Of a stretch of 64,000 bases of DNA, positions 1 to 10,570 are shown piece by piece. The notes beneath the pieces were generated by a model. It was not told the origin of the DNA. It saw only the letters and a program-made list of their open reading frames with translations, and searched no databases. Each line of letters begins with the position of its first letter. Within the stretch, counting starts at the first letter, position 1. Origin of the DNA: an uncultured Acidobacteriota bacterium (GTDB lineage: Bacteria; Acidobacteriota; UBA6911). The DNA is taken from assembly GCA_963809485.1 (NCBI GenBank), contig CAWEJX010000006.1, positions 64,001-128,000 on the forward strand, in the 5' to 3' direction. Made by a program: the position numbers and the translations under genes.

Positions 1-135
1 CTTGATTCCTATGCCTGCCGCCTCTTCGAGGCCCTTCGGCGGAAGTAAACTGCGACAATCAGCGAAGAAGGTCATCCCGCGAATCAACAGGGCAAAACTA
101 TCGGGGCTGTTTTTCCTTCGCGGCGCATTTCATCG

Positions 136-888
136 TCACGGTTCCAAATGCGCGACGACAGGGGCGTGGTCGCTTGTGCCAAACTGGGCGAGTACGGTGC
201 ATCGCGTAATGCGGGTTGCGGCAGGCTGGCTCGCCAGTACATAATCGAGCCGCCAGCCTATGTTCTTCTGCCGCATGCTCCGCCAGGGCGGCCACCAAGT
301 GAAAAGCTGATCGTTGTCGGGATCCAGGGCCCGCCCGACATCGACCATTCCTCCACCGGCGAGCACACGCTCAAAAAGCTCCCGCTCGTCGGGCCGCTGA
401 CCGATGGCATCGGGCTTGCGTTCCTTGGGATGAACATCTTGGTCGGTCCGGGTGACGTTCATGTCCCCGCAGAGAATTAGATTCCATCCGCGGGCCTGGC
501 AGTCTGCGGCATAGCTTTCCATGGCCTGGAGAAAACGAAGCTTGGCTGCAAAGTCCTTTCCTCCGTTCGGCACATAGACGGACCCGATGACGAGGTTTTC
601 GATGCGGGCAGTCACGATCCGTGTCTCGAAGTCGAATTCGGGATGCTCGAACCGGGGCTCATCGGAAGACACGCCGCGGCGGATATGCAGGCCGACGCCG
701 GAATAGGCGCGCTCTCCGTGCCAGCAGCACCAATAGCCGGCCAGGTTGCGGAGCAGCTCGGGAACCTGCTCGCGCGCAGCCTTGATTTCCTGAAGACAGA
801 CGATATCCGGCCGGTCGCGCTCGATCCACTCCAGGACCTGCTGCTGACGTGCGCGAATTCCATTCACGTTCCAGGTCGCGATTTCCAC
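136..888 (-). CDS. xth: Exodeoxyribonuclease III
   Basis: IATWNVNGIRAR, CLQEIK, YSGV, YVPNG, GDMN, GWRLDY, SDHAPV motifs of the ExoIII/Xth family. Confidence 0.95.
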   Translation of the reverse strand: MEIATWNVNGIRARQQQVLEWIERDRPDIVCLQEIKAAREQVPELLRNLAGYWCCWHGERAYSGVGLHIRRGVSSDEPRFEHPEFDFETRIVTARIENLVIGSVYVPNGGKDFAAKLRFLQAMESYAADCQARGWNLILCGDMNVTRTDQDVHPKERKPDAIGQRPDERELFERVLAGGGMVDVGRALDPDNDQLFTWWPPWRSMRQKNIGWRLDYVLASQPAATRITRCTVLAQFGTSDHAPVVAHLEP

Positions 889-897
889 GTGTGCACC

Positions 898-2094
898 TCA
901 GGGATGGGGGAGGTAAATTCTGGGGACTCGCGCGGCGATTCCACAAAGGATTTCGTAGGGAATGGTATCCAGAGCTGCCGCCCAATCCTGGGCCGTGCAG
1001 CGGCACAAGCCGCTCGATCCCAGCAGAATCACCTCGTCCCCTTCCCGGACGTCCGGGAGGTCTGTAAGGTCCACCGCTATCATGTCCATGGAGACTGCGC
1101 CGATAACCTCGGCGCATCGGTCACGAACAATTATGCGGGTTCGGCCACTCAGGCGTCGATGGAAACCATCCGCGTAGCCTACCGGCAAAATGCCGATCCT
1201 CGTTTCCCTGGATGCGATGAATCTTCTGCCATATCCCAGGGATTCTCCCGCTGCAATCGAGCGAATAGGGCCGATCGTGGTTTTGAGAGTCAATATGGGG
1301 CGCAGTTTAACGGGAGAGCGGTGCGAGTCCGGGGAATATCCGTAGAGCGCGATTCCGGACCGCGCGCTCCACTGCCGGAAGCACTCGTGATACAGAATGC
1401 CTGCGCTGTTTGCGAAATGAATGGTTCCCGGATTCAGGCCGGCGTCCCGGACCGCGGAGAGGGCGCCTTCGAACCGGCGCTTCTGCTCCATTGTGTAGGA
1501 CGGATCGGTCTCATCCGCGCTGGACAGGTGGGAAAAAACACCTTCGAGGCGGATGCGGCCCGAGCGCTGCACGGCGGTCAGCAATGGATCCAATGCATTC
1601 CAGCGGGCTCCCAGACGGGCCATTCCTGTGTCCACTTTGAGATGGATGGGAATGGAAACGGACATCTCCCCGGCTATGGATTCGAGGCCGCGCACGCTTT
1701 CAGGGGTATCGACAGATAGGGTGAGATGATTCCGCACGGCCGATCTTTCCAATCCCGGCCAGGCTGTTCCGAGCACCAGGATCTCCTGGGAAATTCCGGC
1801 CCGGCGCAAAGCAACGCCCTCGTCGACGATGCCCACCGCAAACGACGTGGCTCCTGCCGACGCCAGCGCCCGTGCGACAGGAATCATCCCGTGCCCGTAG
1901 GCGTCTGCCTTGACGACCGGAAAAATTCTCGGGTTGCCGCCGCCGGAAGGCGATAAAAGAGAAGAGAGCGCCTTGAAATTTTCCGCCAGGGCATTCAGAT
2001 CAACCTCCGCCCATGTCGGCCTTCCCGCCGGTCTCATCCCGCAGTTGCCGCCAACCCTTTCGCAGTCCATCGTCTTCCTGACCGCATCTTTCAC
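898..2094 (-). CDS. alr: Alanine racemase (true start may be slightly downstream)
   Basis: RPTWAEVDL, VVKADAYGHG (PLP lysine), HLKVDTGMARLG, GYADG, SMDM, IPYEILC. Confidence 0.95.
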   Translation of the reverse strand: MKDAVRKTMDCERVGGNCGMRPAGRPTWAEVDLNALAENFKALSSLLSPSGGGNPRIFPVVKADAYGHGMIPVARALASAGATSFAVGIVDEGVALRRAGISQEILVLGTAWPGLERSAVRNHLTLSVDTPESVRGLESIAGEMSVSIPIHLKVDTGMARLGARWNALDPLLTAVQRSGRIRLEGVFSHLSSADETDPSYTMEQKRRFEGALSAVRDAGLNPGTIHFANSAGILYHECFRQWSARSGIALYGYSPDSHRSPVKLRPILTLKTTIGPIRSIAAGESLGYGRRFIASRETRIGILPVGYADGFHRRLSGRTRIIVRDRCAEVIGAVSMDMIAVDLTDLPDVREGDEVILLGSSGLCRCTAQDWAAALDTIPYEILCGIAARVPRIYLPHP

Positions 2095-2131
2095 GTTCGT
2101 TAAGTTCCTAACCGCCAGCCTGAATCTAATC

Positions 2132-2170
2132 TAATGGGAGATCCACCGGCTCTGCCGGAGGATACTTACT
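2132..2170 (+). repeat. Isolated IS200/IS605-end-like hairpin (collapsed element)
   Basis: TAATGGGAGATCCACCGGCTCTGCCGGAGGATACTTACT; same CCGGC-TCT-GCCGG hairpin as the dispersed elements; related copy inverted at 53581-53612. Confidence 0.5.
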
Positions 2171-2190
2171 CGAGATCCTTTGTTCCCCGA

Positions 2191-2225
2191 CTAACCACTA
2201 ACCGCTAACCGCTAACCGCTAATAA
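2191..2225. repeat. Heptamer tandem repeat (CTAACCG)n directly after the dnaB stop
   Basis: ctaaccactaaccgctaaccgctaaccgctaa seen directly. Confidence 0.85.
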
Positions 2226-3572
2226 CTAAGTTCCTTCCTGGTACAGGCTGTCGAATTTCGTAAACTGTTTGCTGAAGGCGAGCTGTATGGATCCCGTGGG
2301 CCCGTTTCTTTGTTTTCCTATGATCAATTCCGCAAGCCCGTTGTTTTCCTCCGTGGGATTGAACATATCCTCGCGGTAGATGAACAACACCACATCGGCA
2401 TCCTGTTCGATGGAACCGGACTCCCGGAGATCCGAAAGCTGCGGCCGGCGGTGCTCGCCGGTTCTGGATTCGACGGCGCGGCTGAGCTGAGAGACCGCGA
2501 TGACGGGAATACCGAGGTCTTTAGCTATTGCCTTCAAGCCCCTGGAAATCTGGGAAATCTCCTGGGTGCGGTTTTCGTAGCGCTGATTGGAGCCCGACAT
2601 GAGCTGCAGGTAATCGACAATTAAAAGGTCCAGTCCGTGTTCCAGACTCAGGCGCCGGGCTTTGGTGCGCAGTTCGGAGACAGTAACGCTGGCGGTATCG
2701 TCGATAAAAATTTTGGTGTCGGACAGGTCGCCGGAAGCGCGGCTCAGCTTGTTCCAGTCTTCCTTGTTCAGGAAGCCCGTGTTGACCCGGTGGGCGTCAA
2801 TTCTGGCCTCGCTGCACAAAAGCCGCTTGACCAGCTGTTCCTTGCTCATCTCCAGGCTGAAGATCCCGACAGTCTTGTGCTTTCTGATGGCGACATGTTC
2901 GGCGATGTTGAGGCAGAGACTGGTTTTTCCCAAGCCGGGGCGCGCGGCAACGATGATAAGGTCCGACGGCTGCATTCCGGCCGTCATCCGGTCCAGGTCG
3001 GCAAATCCGGTTTCCAGGCCGGTGACGGGGGCTTTGCGATTGGACAACTCCTCGATCTTCTTGAAGACGTCGCTGACGATGGGCGTGATGGATGAAAAAC
3101 CCGTGTGGAACTGCTGGCTGGCTATGTCGAAGATTGTCTTTTCGATGTGCTGGAGGATGTCTTCGGCGGGCTCCTCGTCCTGGTAGCTGCGGGCCATGAT
3201 CTCGCCGGAGATCTGGATCAGGCGGCGCAAGGTAGATTTGGATCTGACAATCTGTGCGTAGTACTCGATATTGAGCACCCGGGGCAGGTAGTCCGTAAGG
3301 CTTGCCAGGTAAGCGGCTCCGCCGATGCTTTCGAGCTCGTTCGCGCGCTGGAGCTCCTCCTTGAGAGTGACCAGGTCGATCGGCCGGGAATTGTTCATGA
3401 GCTGGAGCATTCGATCGAAGATTCTCCGATGACTCTCCAGGTAAAAGTCCTGCGACTTGAGGATTTCAAAAACGGGAAGCGCGGCCTTATCGTCCAGGAG
3501 GATGGCCCCCAGGATAGAGCGCTCCGCTTCCAGGTTGTGGGGAAGCGTTTTTTCCAGGCTGATATCGGCCAT
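2226..3572 (-). CDS. dnaB: Replicative DNA helicase
   Basis: LPHNLEAERSILG, AARPGLGKT Walker A, SLEM, IVDYLQL, DLRESGSIEQDAD, KQRNGP. Confidence 0.98.
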   Translation of the reverse strand: MADISLEKTLPHNLEAERSILGAILLDDKAALPVFEILKSQDFYLESHRRIFDRMLQLMNNSRPIDLVTLKEELQRANELESIGGAAYLASLTDYLPRVLNIEYYAQIVRSKSTLRRLIQISGEIMARSYQDEEPAEDILQHIEKTIFDIASQQFHTGFSSITPIVSDVFKKIEELSNRKAPVTGLETGFADLDRMTAGMQPSDLIIVAARPGLGKTSLCLNIAEHVAIRKHKTVGIFSLEMSKEQLVKRLLCSEARIDAHRVNTGFLNKEDWNKLSRASGDLSDTKIFIDDTASVTVSELRTKARRLSLEHGLDLLIVDYLQLMSGSNQRYENRTQEISQISRGLKAIAKDLGIPVIAVSQLSRAVESRTGEHRRPQLSDLRESGSIEQDADVVLFIYREDMFNPTEENNGLAELIIGKQRNGPTGSIQLAFSKQFTKFDSLYQEGT

Positions 3573-3850
3573 TTCGAATGACGAATTTCGAATGTCGAGT
3601 TACGAATTAAATCATAAACGCAGCGACGGGCGGCGTATTGCCAAGGCGTCACCCGCAGGTCGTTGATATCGGAAATGGAAACAACAAAACCATTCGGCTA
3701 AGAGGCGCTGCCGTGACGGGGCATCCGGCCTACGGAGAGCCATGGAGCGCTTTATTAACGAATATTAGACCTTTCGAATAACGAATTGCCAATTAAGGGT
3801 AGCAAACAAAAAATCGCGTTCTTTGTAGTTCGTCATTCGTCATTCGTAAT
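3571..3850. repeat. Intergenic region bounded by inverted heptamer arrays (TTACGAA/TGACGAA family)
   Basis: Minus strand ATTACGAATGACGAAT right after the rplI stop pairs 15/16 with ATTCGTCATTCGAAAT, which overlaps the dnaB ATG. Confidence 0.75.
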
Positions 3851-4309
3851 TTAAGCGGTGGCTTCCGGTTCCGGTTCCACGATGACCTTGATGGGCACTG
3901 TGACTTCGCGGTGCAACCGGATCGGCACCTGGTATTCTCCGAGCGTCTTTATCGGTTCTTCCAGCTGTATCTTGCGCTTGTCGATATCGATCTTGTGGCC
4001 GACCAGGAAATCCGCGATGTCCAGCGCAGTCACCGATCCGTAAAGCGAACCCTCTTCTCCGGATTTCCTCTGGATTGTCACCGTAAGCTTAACGATATCC
4101 CGGGCCAGCAGAGTGGCGGACTCCTTCTCCCGATGATCGCGGCGCGCCTGGGAGATCTTTTCCATCTCGGCTACCTTCATGTTGCCCGGAGTGGCCTCAA
4201 TCGCGAGATTTCTGGGGATCAGATAGTTGCGCCCGTAGCCGGGGGCTACTTTCACGACATCGCCGGTTTTACCCAGTTTCTCTACGTCCTGCTTTAAAAT
4301 GACCTTCAT
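3851..4309 (-). CDS. rplI: 50S ribosomal protein L9
   Basis: MKVILKQDVEKLGKTGDVVKVAPGYGRNYLIP, LYGSVT; next to rpsR and dnaB. Confidence 0.98.
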   Translation of the reverse strand: MKVILKQDVEKLGKTGDVVKVAPGYGRNYLIPRNLAIEATPGNMKVAEMEKISQARRDHREKESATLLARDIVKLTVTIQRKSGEEGSLYGSVTALDIADFLVGHKIDIDKRKIQLEEPIKTLGEYQVPIRLHREVTVPIKVIVEPEPEATA

Positions 4310-4333
4310 GTCTTACCCTCTGGGAAAAAAGTC

Positions 4334-4567
4334 TCAATCCGCTACGAATGGGAGAATCGCCATGTGTCTCGCACGCTTGATGGCTTCCGCGAGCAACCGC
4401 TGATGCGTCGAGCAGACGCCGCTGATTCTCCGGGGCAGTATCTTCCCTCTTTCTGGAATAAAATGGCCGAGGAGTTTCCCGTCTTTAAAGTCGATATAAG
4501 TAATTTTTTCCGCGCAAAACTTGCATACTCTCTTGCGCCGCACACTGAATCGTCTTGGACCTGGCAT
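4334..4567 (-). CDS. rpsR: 30S ribosomal protein S18
   Basis: [27 protein letters not shown]. Confidence 0.97.
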   Translation of the reverse strand: MPGPRRFSVRRKRVCKFCAEKITYIDFKDGKLLGHFIPERGKILPRRISGVCSTHQRLLAEAIKRARHMAILPFVAD

Positions 4568-4627
4568 AGTTCTTAGCCTTTCTACTGTGGGGGGCCGGGT
4601 TTTCGAATGCGGTCCCCGATGAAGACC

Positions 4628-5026
4628 CTACAGATCGGATAGCGACGCCTCTTGCGCGTCGATACCCTGCGAGATACCCGGCGCCTGCTTCGGCGCCTTT
4701 CTTTGTCTTGCCGTTTTGATCTTTTCGGAGCGCTTGAGATCCTCGTCGATTCGCACCGAAATAAAACGGATGATGTAATCGGTCACACGGAAGCGGCGCT
4801 CCAGTTCCGCAATGGCGCCGCCATCCCCCTCAATGGAAAGCACCACGTAATAGCCCTCCCGGAATCTCTTGATCTTGTAGGCCAGGGATTTCTTTCCCCA
4901 GTTGTCGACTTTGACCACCTTGCCGTTCTTGCTCTCAACCACGGTCTTGACGTGATTGATAAAGCCGTCCAGCTCATCGCTGGTTAGAGTGGGAGCGGCA
5001 ACAAAGACCACTTCGTAATTTCTCAC
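4628..5026 (-). CDS. rpsF: 30S ribosomal protein S6
   Basis: RNYEVVFV, WGKKSLAYKI, EGYY; order rpsF-rpsR-rplI. Confidence 0.97.
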   Translation of the reverse strand: MRNYEVVFVAAPTLTSDELDGFINHVKTVVESKNGKVVKVDNWGKKSLAYKIKRFREGYYVVLSIEGDGGAIAELERRFRVTDYIIRFISVRIDEDLKRSEKIKTARQRKAPKQAPGISQGIDAQEASLSDL

Positions 5027-5044
5027 GGCCTTCTCCTTACAGCT

Positions 5045-5622
5045 TCATGCGTTAAAAATCGCCATTGTTTTGGAAACACCGTCGCACAGTATCGATTTCA
5101 CGGCATTCCCCGGCTCTGAATAATCATTTCGTTAACCCCGGTTCGTTTTTCCGGCGGAAAATCCGACAGAACGAAGTCCGCCTTGTCTTCGGGCATCTGT
5201 TCCTCGCCGATTCCGACCCGCACGCGCAGGATCTCCTCGGTCCCCAGCATCGTGAGGATCGATTCGAGGCCATGATGCCCGCCGGCGGATCCCTCGTTCC
5301 CTGATCGCGTATGCGGCCGAACGGGAGATTCAAGTCGTCGACCACCAGCAGCAAGATCCTCGCGGCCCCTTCCTGAGGGTGGAAAGCAGCGCCTGGACAG
5401 CCTTTGCCGCTTGCGTTCATAAAGGTCAGACGGTTCACCAGCAGCACCGGATGCCCGGCAATTTGCGCCCGGCAGGTGCGTGGAAACGAATCCGTCGACC
5501 AGATCCCCGATTCCTCCCGGGCGAGGGCGTCCAAAACCATGAATCCGACATTATGCCGGTTCCCGCGAATACCTTTCGCCGGGATTGCCCAGTCCGACGA
5601 TAACCTTGGACAGTGTCTCCAT
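5045..5622 (-). CDS. pth: Peptidyl-tRNA hydrolase, split by several indels (probable sequencing errors)
   Basis: Frames join to give METLSKVIVGLGNPGERY..RHNVGFM..LTFMNASG..VVDDLNLPFGRIR..GVSKTMAIFNA*; follows rplY as usual. Confidence 0.85.
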
Positions 5623-5685
5623 GAGTGCTGAAGCGCCCGCATCCCACTCCGCCTGAACGTTGCGATGGGTTCAGCCGGACAGCCT

Positions 5686-6373
5686 TTACTGCTTGGACTC
5701 AGGCTTGGGGGCTTTGGATTTCGGCTCCTCCTCCGCGCCTTCCTCCGCAACCTTGCCCTTCTTGATTACCTCCGGTTCCGCCGCCTCGCGGCGCAGCCTC
5801 GACCGGGACCTCTTCCTTGATCGGAGGAACGATGGTCACGATCACGACTTCCGGGATCGGTGAGAATCTTGACCTTTGCGTCGGTCTGAATGTTCTTGAC
5901 CCGGATATAGTCGTTGATCTTCAGGTGGCTGACATCCACTTGATCGATTCGGGAATGTCCGAAGGCAGGCACTCGACCTGGATCGAGCGGGTGACGATAT
6001 CCATGATGCCGCCGTCGAGCTTTACGCCTTCGGCTTCGCCGACGATCTCGACGTTGACGGTCAATTCAAGCAGGCGGTCCATTGCGATTTCGAGAAAATC
6101 CGCATGGATCAGCTTCCCCTGGACGGGATCCAACTGATAGTCCTTGACCATGGCGTTGCTTTGCTCAGAACCGTCCACACTTACGCCGAAGATGGTATTG
6201 CGCCCGGTTTCCGAGTGGAGGATGGACTGCACCTTGCCCGGATCCACCGAAACCACAATCGACTGCTTGCCCGGGCCATAGATAACGGCCGGAATTCTTC
6301 CCGCTTTCCGGAGCCGCCTGTTGGCATTTTTGCCGCCCGGGGTCCGTACCTGAGCTTCGATTACTGTTGGCAT
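5686..6373 (-). CDS. rplY: 50S ribosomal protein L25/Ctc, frameshifted in the C-terminal part (probable errors)
   Basis: GKNANRRLRKAGRIPAVIYG, HADF, GVKLDGG, CLPSDIPESI, continuing in another frame as VDVSHLKINDYIRVKNI. Confidence 0.9.
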
Positions 6374-6461
6374 GAAACCCAACTCCTTCCTAATAATCTC
6401 AGAATTTTGCAGCCTGCCGGTTTATTGCCCCGCCAGGGCTCCAATGCTCGAAGACTCGACT

Positions 6462-7426
6462 TTAAACAAAAAGATTACTGACGCTCGTTTCCTCATGAAT
6501 GCTCTGAATGGCGGTGCCCAAGAGGCCGGCAACACTCAGGATGGTCATATTGGGCAGATTTCCTGGAATCGTCCACCGGAACTGTGTTGGTAAGAATGAT
6601 CTGCTCGATCGGGGTTTTGCGCAACCTCTCGATCGCCGGCCCGCTCAGGATTCCGTGGGTCGCGCAGGCGATGATTCGCCCCGCCTTTTTCTTCCGGAGT
6701 GCGAGGACCGTATTGACGAGTGTGCCCGCCGTGTCGATCATGTCGTCGCAGATGACTATGTTCCTCCCGCTCACATGGCCGATGATGTGAAGCAGTTCAG
6801 CCTCGTTGGGCCCGGTGCGGCGTTTGTCGACGATGGCAAGATCCGCGTTGAGCCTCTTGGCGAATGCCCGGGCCCGTTCCACTCCTCCTGCGTCGGGCGA
6901 GACGATCGTGAGGTCCGGGATATTCAGTTTTTTCATATGCTCGATTAACACAGGCGCCGCGAACAGATGATCGACCGGGATGTCGAAAAATCCCTGGATC
7001 TGTCCCGCATGCAGGTCCATCGACAGGATCCGGTCCGTTCCGGCGGCCGTGAGCAGATCCGCCACCAGCTTGGACGAAATCGGCACGCGGGGCTTGTCTT
7101 TTCGATCCTGCCTCCCATACCCGTAATAAGGCATCACGGCCGTAATCCGGGTGGCGGAGGAGCGCTTGAACGCATCGATCATGACCAGCAGCTCGATCAG
7201 GTTGTCGTTCACCGGAGAAGCAGGTGGGCTGGATCAAAAAGACATCCTTGCCGCGGACGTTTTCCAGGATCTGGCAGTAAAGTTCACCGTCGCTGAACCG
7301 TGTCAGGTTTATCTTTCCCAGCGGAATTTTAAGATGATCGCAGATCTCCTGCGCCAGGGCCAAGTTGGCATTTCCCGAAAAAACCTTCAGTTCTCTGTTC
7401 ACTCGCTTGTATCCAGTGTTAATCAT
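6462..7426 (-). CDS. prs: Ribose-phosphate pyrophosphokinase, two frameshifts (probable errors)
   Basis: LKVFSGNAN..RFSDGE / NDNLIELL..YGRQDRK..DLHAGQIQGFF..SPDAGG..DDMIDTAGTL / IHEETSVSNLFV*. Confidence 0.92.
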
Positions 7427-7453
7427 GAGCTCGCTCCTGGAGGCGCTGCGAGA

Positions 7454-7528
7454 TGGCTGGGGCGGGAGGATTCGAACCTCCGAATGCAGGTTCCAAAGAC
7501 CTGTGTCTTACCGCTTGACGACGCCCCA
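7454..7528 (-). tRNA. tRNA-Gln (TTG)
   Basis: Minus strand TGGGGCGTCGTCAAGCGGTAAGACACAGGTC-TTTGGA-ACCTGCATTCGGAGGTTCGAATCCTCCCGCCCCAGCCA: cloverleaf, TTG anticodon, T-loop GGTTCGAATCC, CCA end; usual position between ispE and prs. Confidence 0.97.
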
Positions 7529-7664
7529 GCAGTATCAAATTAGAAAGCGGCGCAATCTCAGCCATCCGCAAACAAATCCGCGCTTGTCCAAAGCCGCCCC
7601 GGACGGCAGAACCGTCGCCGCTTCAGGGCAAAACCTTTTGAGAAATGCGGGCAGGAACCGGCGT

Positions 7665-8549
7665 CTACCCGAACATGTTTTGGAAATACTCGGCCCGAGA
7701 AAGGGTCTTCGCCGGAAACACTCGCCAGGTCTCCCGGGTGTTTTCCCGGGCTACCGCGAACGCTGATTCCTCATCAGGGAAGAATCCGAAGACAGAGGAT
7801 CCGCTGCCGGACAGCAAGGTTGCTATTGAGCCCCGTTCCTCCAGGAAACTCTTGGCTTCCCGGATGGGCGGGTAGGCAGGCAGGATCGAAGCCTCGAAAT
7901 CATTAAAGATCCCGGACAGGCAACTTTTACCCTCTTTCGCCTGACCGTAAAAACCTTGAATTCTATGGTCCTCGCGGCCGTAAGTCAATCCCAAATTGAG
8001 AGACCGGTAGGCCTCGCCGGTGGATACGTTTATCCCGGGAAAGATTACAACCAGATATCCGGAGGGCAGATCGGGCCAGGGCAAAATCCGTTCTCCCCGC
8101 CCAGTGCCCAGGGCAGTACCGCCGCTAAGGAAAAAGGGCACGTCGGAGCCGAGAACTGATGCCACTGCGGGCAGGAACATGTCCTCTTCGACATTCCAGA
8201 GGCGGCAGAGCCCCAGCAGCGTAACGGCCGCATTGCTGCTCCCTCCGCCCAAACCCGCCCCCGCAGGGATATTTTTCCTGAGCGTAATGGATGCGCCGCG
8301 CTTCTCCGGCAGCCTGGCTGCAAGCGCCTCGGCCGCCCTCCAGACCAAATTTTCTTCCCGCGGGACGCCGCGAAGGTTTTCGCAGCTCAGCTCCAGCCTC
8401 GAAGATGGCTGGAATTCGAGCTCGTCGTGCAAGCTGATGCTCTGAAAAACGGTCTGAATGTCATGGTATCCATCCGTTCTCCGGCCCAGAACAGACAGCG
8501 CCATGTTTATCTTTGCGAAGGAACGTGCCCGAAGCCGCCGAGTTGTCAC
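7665..8549 (-). CDS. ispE: 4-diphosphocytidyl-2-C-methyl-D-erythritol kinase
   Basis: AKINMAL, GYHDIQT, KNIPAGAGLGGGSSNAA, GSDVPFF, LSGSGS; GTG start overlaps the upstream TGA (GTGA). Confidence 0.95.
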   Translation of the reverse strand: MTTRRLRARSFAKINMALSVLGRRTDGYHDIQTVFQSISLHDELEFQPSSRLELSCENLRGVPREENLVWRAAEALAARLPEKRGASITLRKNIPAGAGLGGGSSNAAVTLLGLCRLWNVEEDMFLPAVASVLGSDVPFFLSGGTALGTGRGERILPWPDLPSGYLVVIFPGINVSTGEAYRSLNLGLTYGREDHRIQGFYGQAKEGKSCLSGIFNDFEASILPAYPPIREAKSFLEERGSIATLLSGSGSSVFGFFPDEESAFAVARENTRETWRVFPAKTLSRAEYFQNMFG

Positions 8550-10570
8550 TTTACCGATTTTTGTTTTTGAATCATTTCCTGAAGCATTTCCAGCTTTTGA
8601 CGAACCTTTTGAATGTCTTCCGGTTCCGTCCCGATGCTGACCGATCTCTTCCAATAGTCCTGCGCCTTGGTAAAATCGCCGGTTTTGAAATAGAGATCCC
8701 CGAGGTGTTCGTCAATGACGGGATCGTTTTTGACCAGTTCGTCGGCCTGCAGGAGGTATTTTTCCGCATTCTCCATGTCGTTCAACTTGAAAAACGCCCA
8801 GCCAAGGGAATCGAGATAAGCACCGTTATGGGGATCGATGGCCAGGGCTCCTTGGACGTATTTGAGAGCTTCCTCGAGCCGGACTCCGCGGTCGGCCAGC
8901 ATATACCCGATGTAGTTCAGTGCGACGGCATTGTCCGGGTTCGCCTGCAAAATTTCCCGGAAAAGCGATTCCGCGCGATCGAAATCCTTCTGCTTCTCAT
9001 AGACGGTGGCCCGCTGGAACTTCAGCCTTTCCTTGTCCGACTCGTTTTCCAGCTTTTTCTCTTCGGCCCGGAGAAGAATTTTTTCCGCATCGCCGTATTT
9101 TTTGTCCTGCAGGTAGACCTGGCTGAGATTTACGTAGATGTCGATGTTCATCGGATTGGATTGCAGCAGCCGGGATAGAATTTCAGCGCCTTCCCGGGCT
9201 TTGCTGGCGTCGGCCAGGGTTCGAGCGTATATGACCGCCGTATGAATGTCGGAGGGATCCTTTTCGTACAGTTGTTTTCCCAGGGCCAGGGCTTTGTCGA
9301 ACTGCCGGTCGACCCGGTATGCATTCGCAAGCTGCGGACTGAATTTGGGATCGGACTTTGCCAGTTCCTGATAGATCGCGATGGCTTTTTCATTTTCGCC
9401 CATTTCCTGATAATTCGCAGCCAGGTGCTGCTGGAACACAATTCGGTTTGCCTGGCCTTCCTCGTTGGCGTTTGTGGTTATTTCCAGGAGCCGGGAGAAT
9501 ATTTTCGCGGCCTGCGCCGGTCTGCCGCTCTGCTCGTAAGCCGAGGCAAGATAAAATTGAGCCTCGAGATCCTCCGGATTAAGCGCAACCACCGATTGCA
9601 GGATTTCAATCGCCCTGGGGAACTCCCGCCGGGCAATCAGCGATCGGCCCAAAAGAACCTGAGAATCCCTGTCCTTGGGCGCTGCCTTGATAAGATCCTC
9701 AAGGATTCGGGCTGCTTCGCCGTACTCTCCCGCCTCGACGAGCGACGCGGCGAGCCTTCGGGTCACGTTGGGATTATTTCCCGCAACTTCCAGAAATTTC
9801 TTGAAAACCGGGATTGCCTCCTTGTGCTTGCCCTGTCTTGCATAGATCGAGCCCAGCATGTAGAGGCTTTCGGCGGAACCCGGCCAGGTTTTCAGACCCT
9901 TGTTCAGGTATTCAATGGCTTTTTCAACATTGCCCTCGCGGTCGTAGTACTTGGCAATTTCCCTGTAGCCGCTGTCCCCGTCAGGAGACAGGCTCTGATA
10001 CTTCTCGTACGCCTGGATCGCCTTTTCCGGTTCGTCCATCTCGAAATACGCCCAGCCCAGGGCAGAGAATATCCGCTCGTCGTCCGGAGTCAGCGCTTTC
10101 AGCAGCTCCAGTTCCTGGATCGCCTTTTTCATATTCTCGGCTCCAGCTGCGCCCTGTTCCTGAGACTTGAAATAGATATTGGCCAGGAGCCAATGCGGAT
10201 CCGGATCCTTGGGATCAAGCCGGACTGCTTCCTGGGCATATTCAATAGCTTCTCGCAAGTTTCCGGATTTTTCCAGCAACGATGCCAATTCAAGGCGGAT
10301 CGCGGCGCTATCGGGATTGTATTTCAAGGCCGTGTGCATTTCCGAGAGAGCTTTGGGCAAATCGCCCTGATCTTCGCTCCATTTTGACAGGGAGTAATGG
10401 TAGTAGCTTGCGGCCCGATCCGCAGGCACCTGTTCTTCCAATGCCTTATCCAGGTTAATAGGCTGAGAGGGACGAGAGATCTTCTCCTGGGCGGATGCCG
10501 GTACAGCACAAAGCATTAAAGCCAGACACAGAATCCCGCATCTCAGGGAAAGCAAGAGGCTGCATTTCAT
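8546..10570 (-). CDS. Secreted tetratricopeptide-repeat protein
   Basis: N-terminal signal peptide, many TPR units, C-terminal ALNYIGYMLAD..YLDSLGW..EHLGDLY; common upstream of ispE. Confidence 0.9.
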   Translation of the reverse strand: MKCSLLLSLRCGILCLALMLCAVPASAQEKISRPSQPINLDKALEEQVPADRAASYYHYSLSKWSEDQGDLPKALSEMHTALKYNPDSAAIRLELASLLEKSGNLREAIEYAQEAVRLDPKDPDPHWLLANIYFKSQEQGAAGAENMKKAIQELELLKALTPDDERIFSALGWAYFEMDEPEKAIQAYEKYQSLSPDGDSGYREIAKYYDREGNVEKAIEYLNKGLKTWPGSAESLYMLGSIYARQGKHKEAIPVFKKFLEVAGNNPNVTRRLAASLVEAGEYGEAARILEDLIKAAPKDRDSQVLLGRSLIARREFPRAIEILQSVVALNPEDLEAQFYLASAYEQSGRPAQAAKIFSRLLEITTNANEEGQANRIVFQQHLAANYQEMGENEKAIAIYQELAKSDPKFSPQLANAYRVDRQFDKALALGKQLYEKDPSDIHTAVIYARTLADASKAREGAEILSRLLQSNPMNIDIYVNLSQVYLQDKKYGDAEKILLRAEEKKLENESDKERLKFQRATVYEKQKDFDRAESLFREILQANPDNAVALNYIGYMLADRGVRLEEALKYVQGALAIDPHNGAYLDSLGWAFFKLNDMENAEKYLLQADELVKNDPVIDEHLGDLYFKTGDFTKAQDYWKRSVSIGTEPEDIQKVRQKLEMLQEMIQKQKSVK

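Noticed and set aside
5045-7426. Apparent pseudogenisation or programmed frameshifting of pth, rplY and prs
   Set aside because: Three adjacent, normally essential or conserved genes carry many scattered single-base indels with otherwise intact sequence; local assembly error is far more likely.
7454-7528. tRNA as an integration site for a prophage or island
   Set aside because: It sits in its usual ispE-prs context with no integrase or duplicated 3' end.
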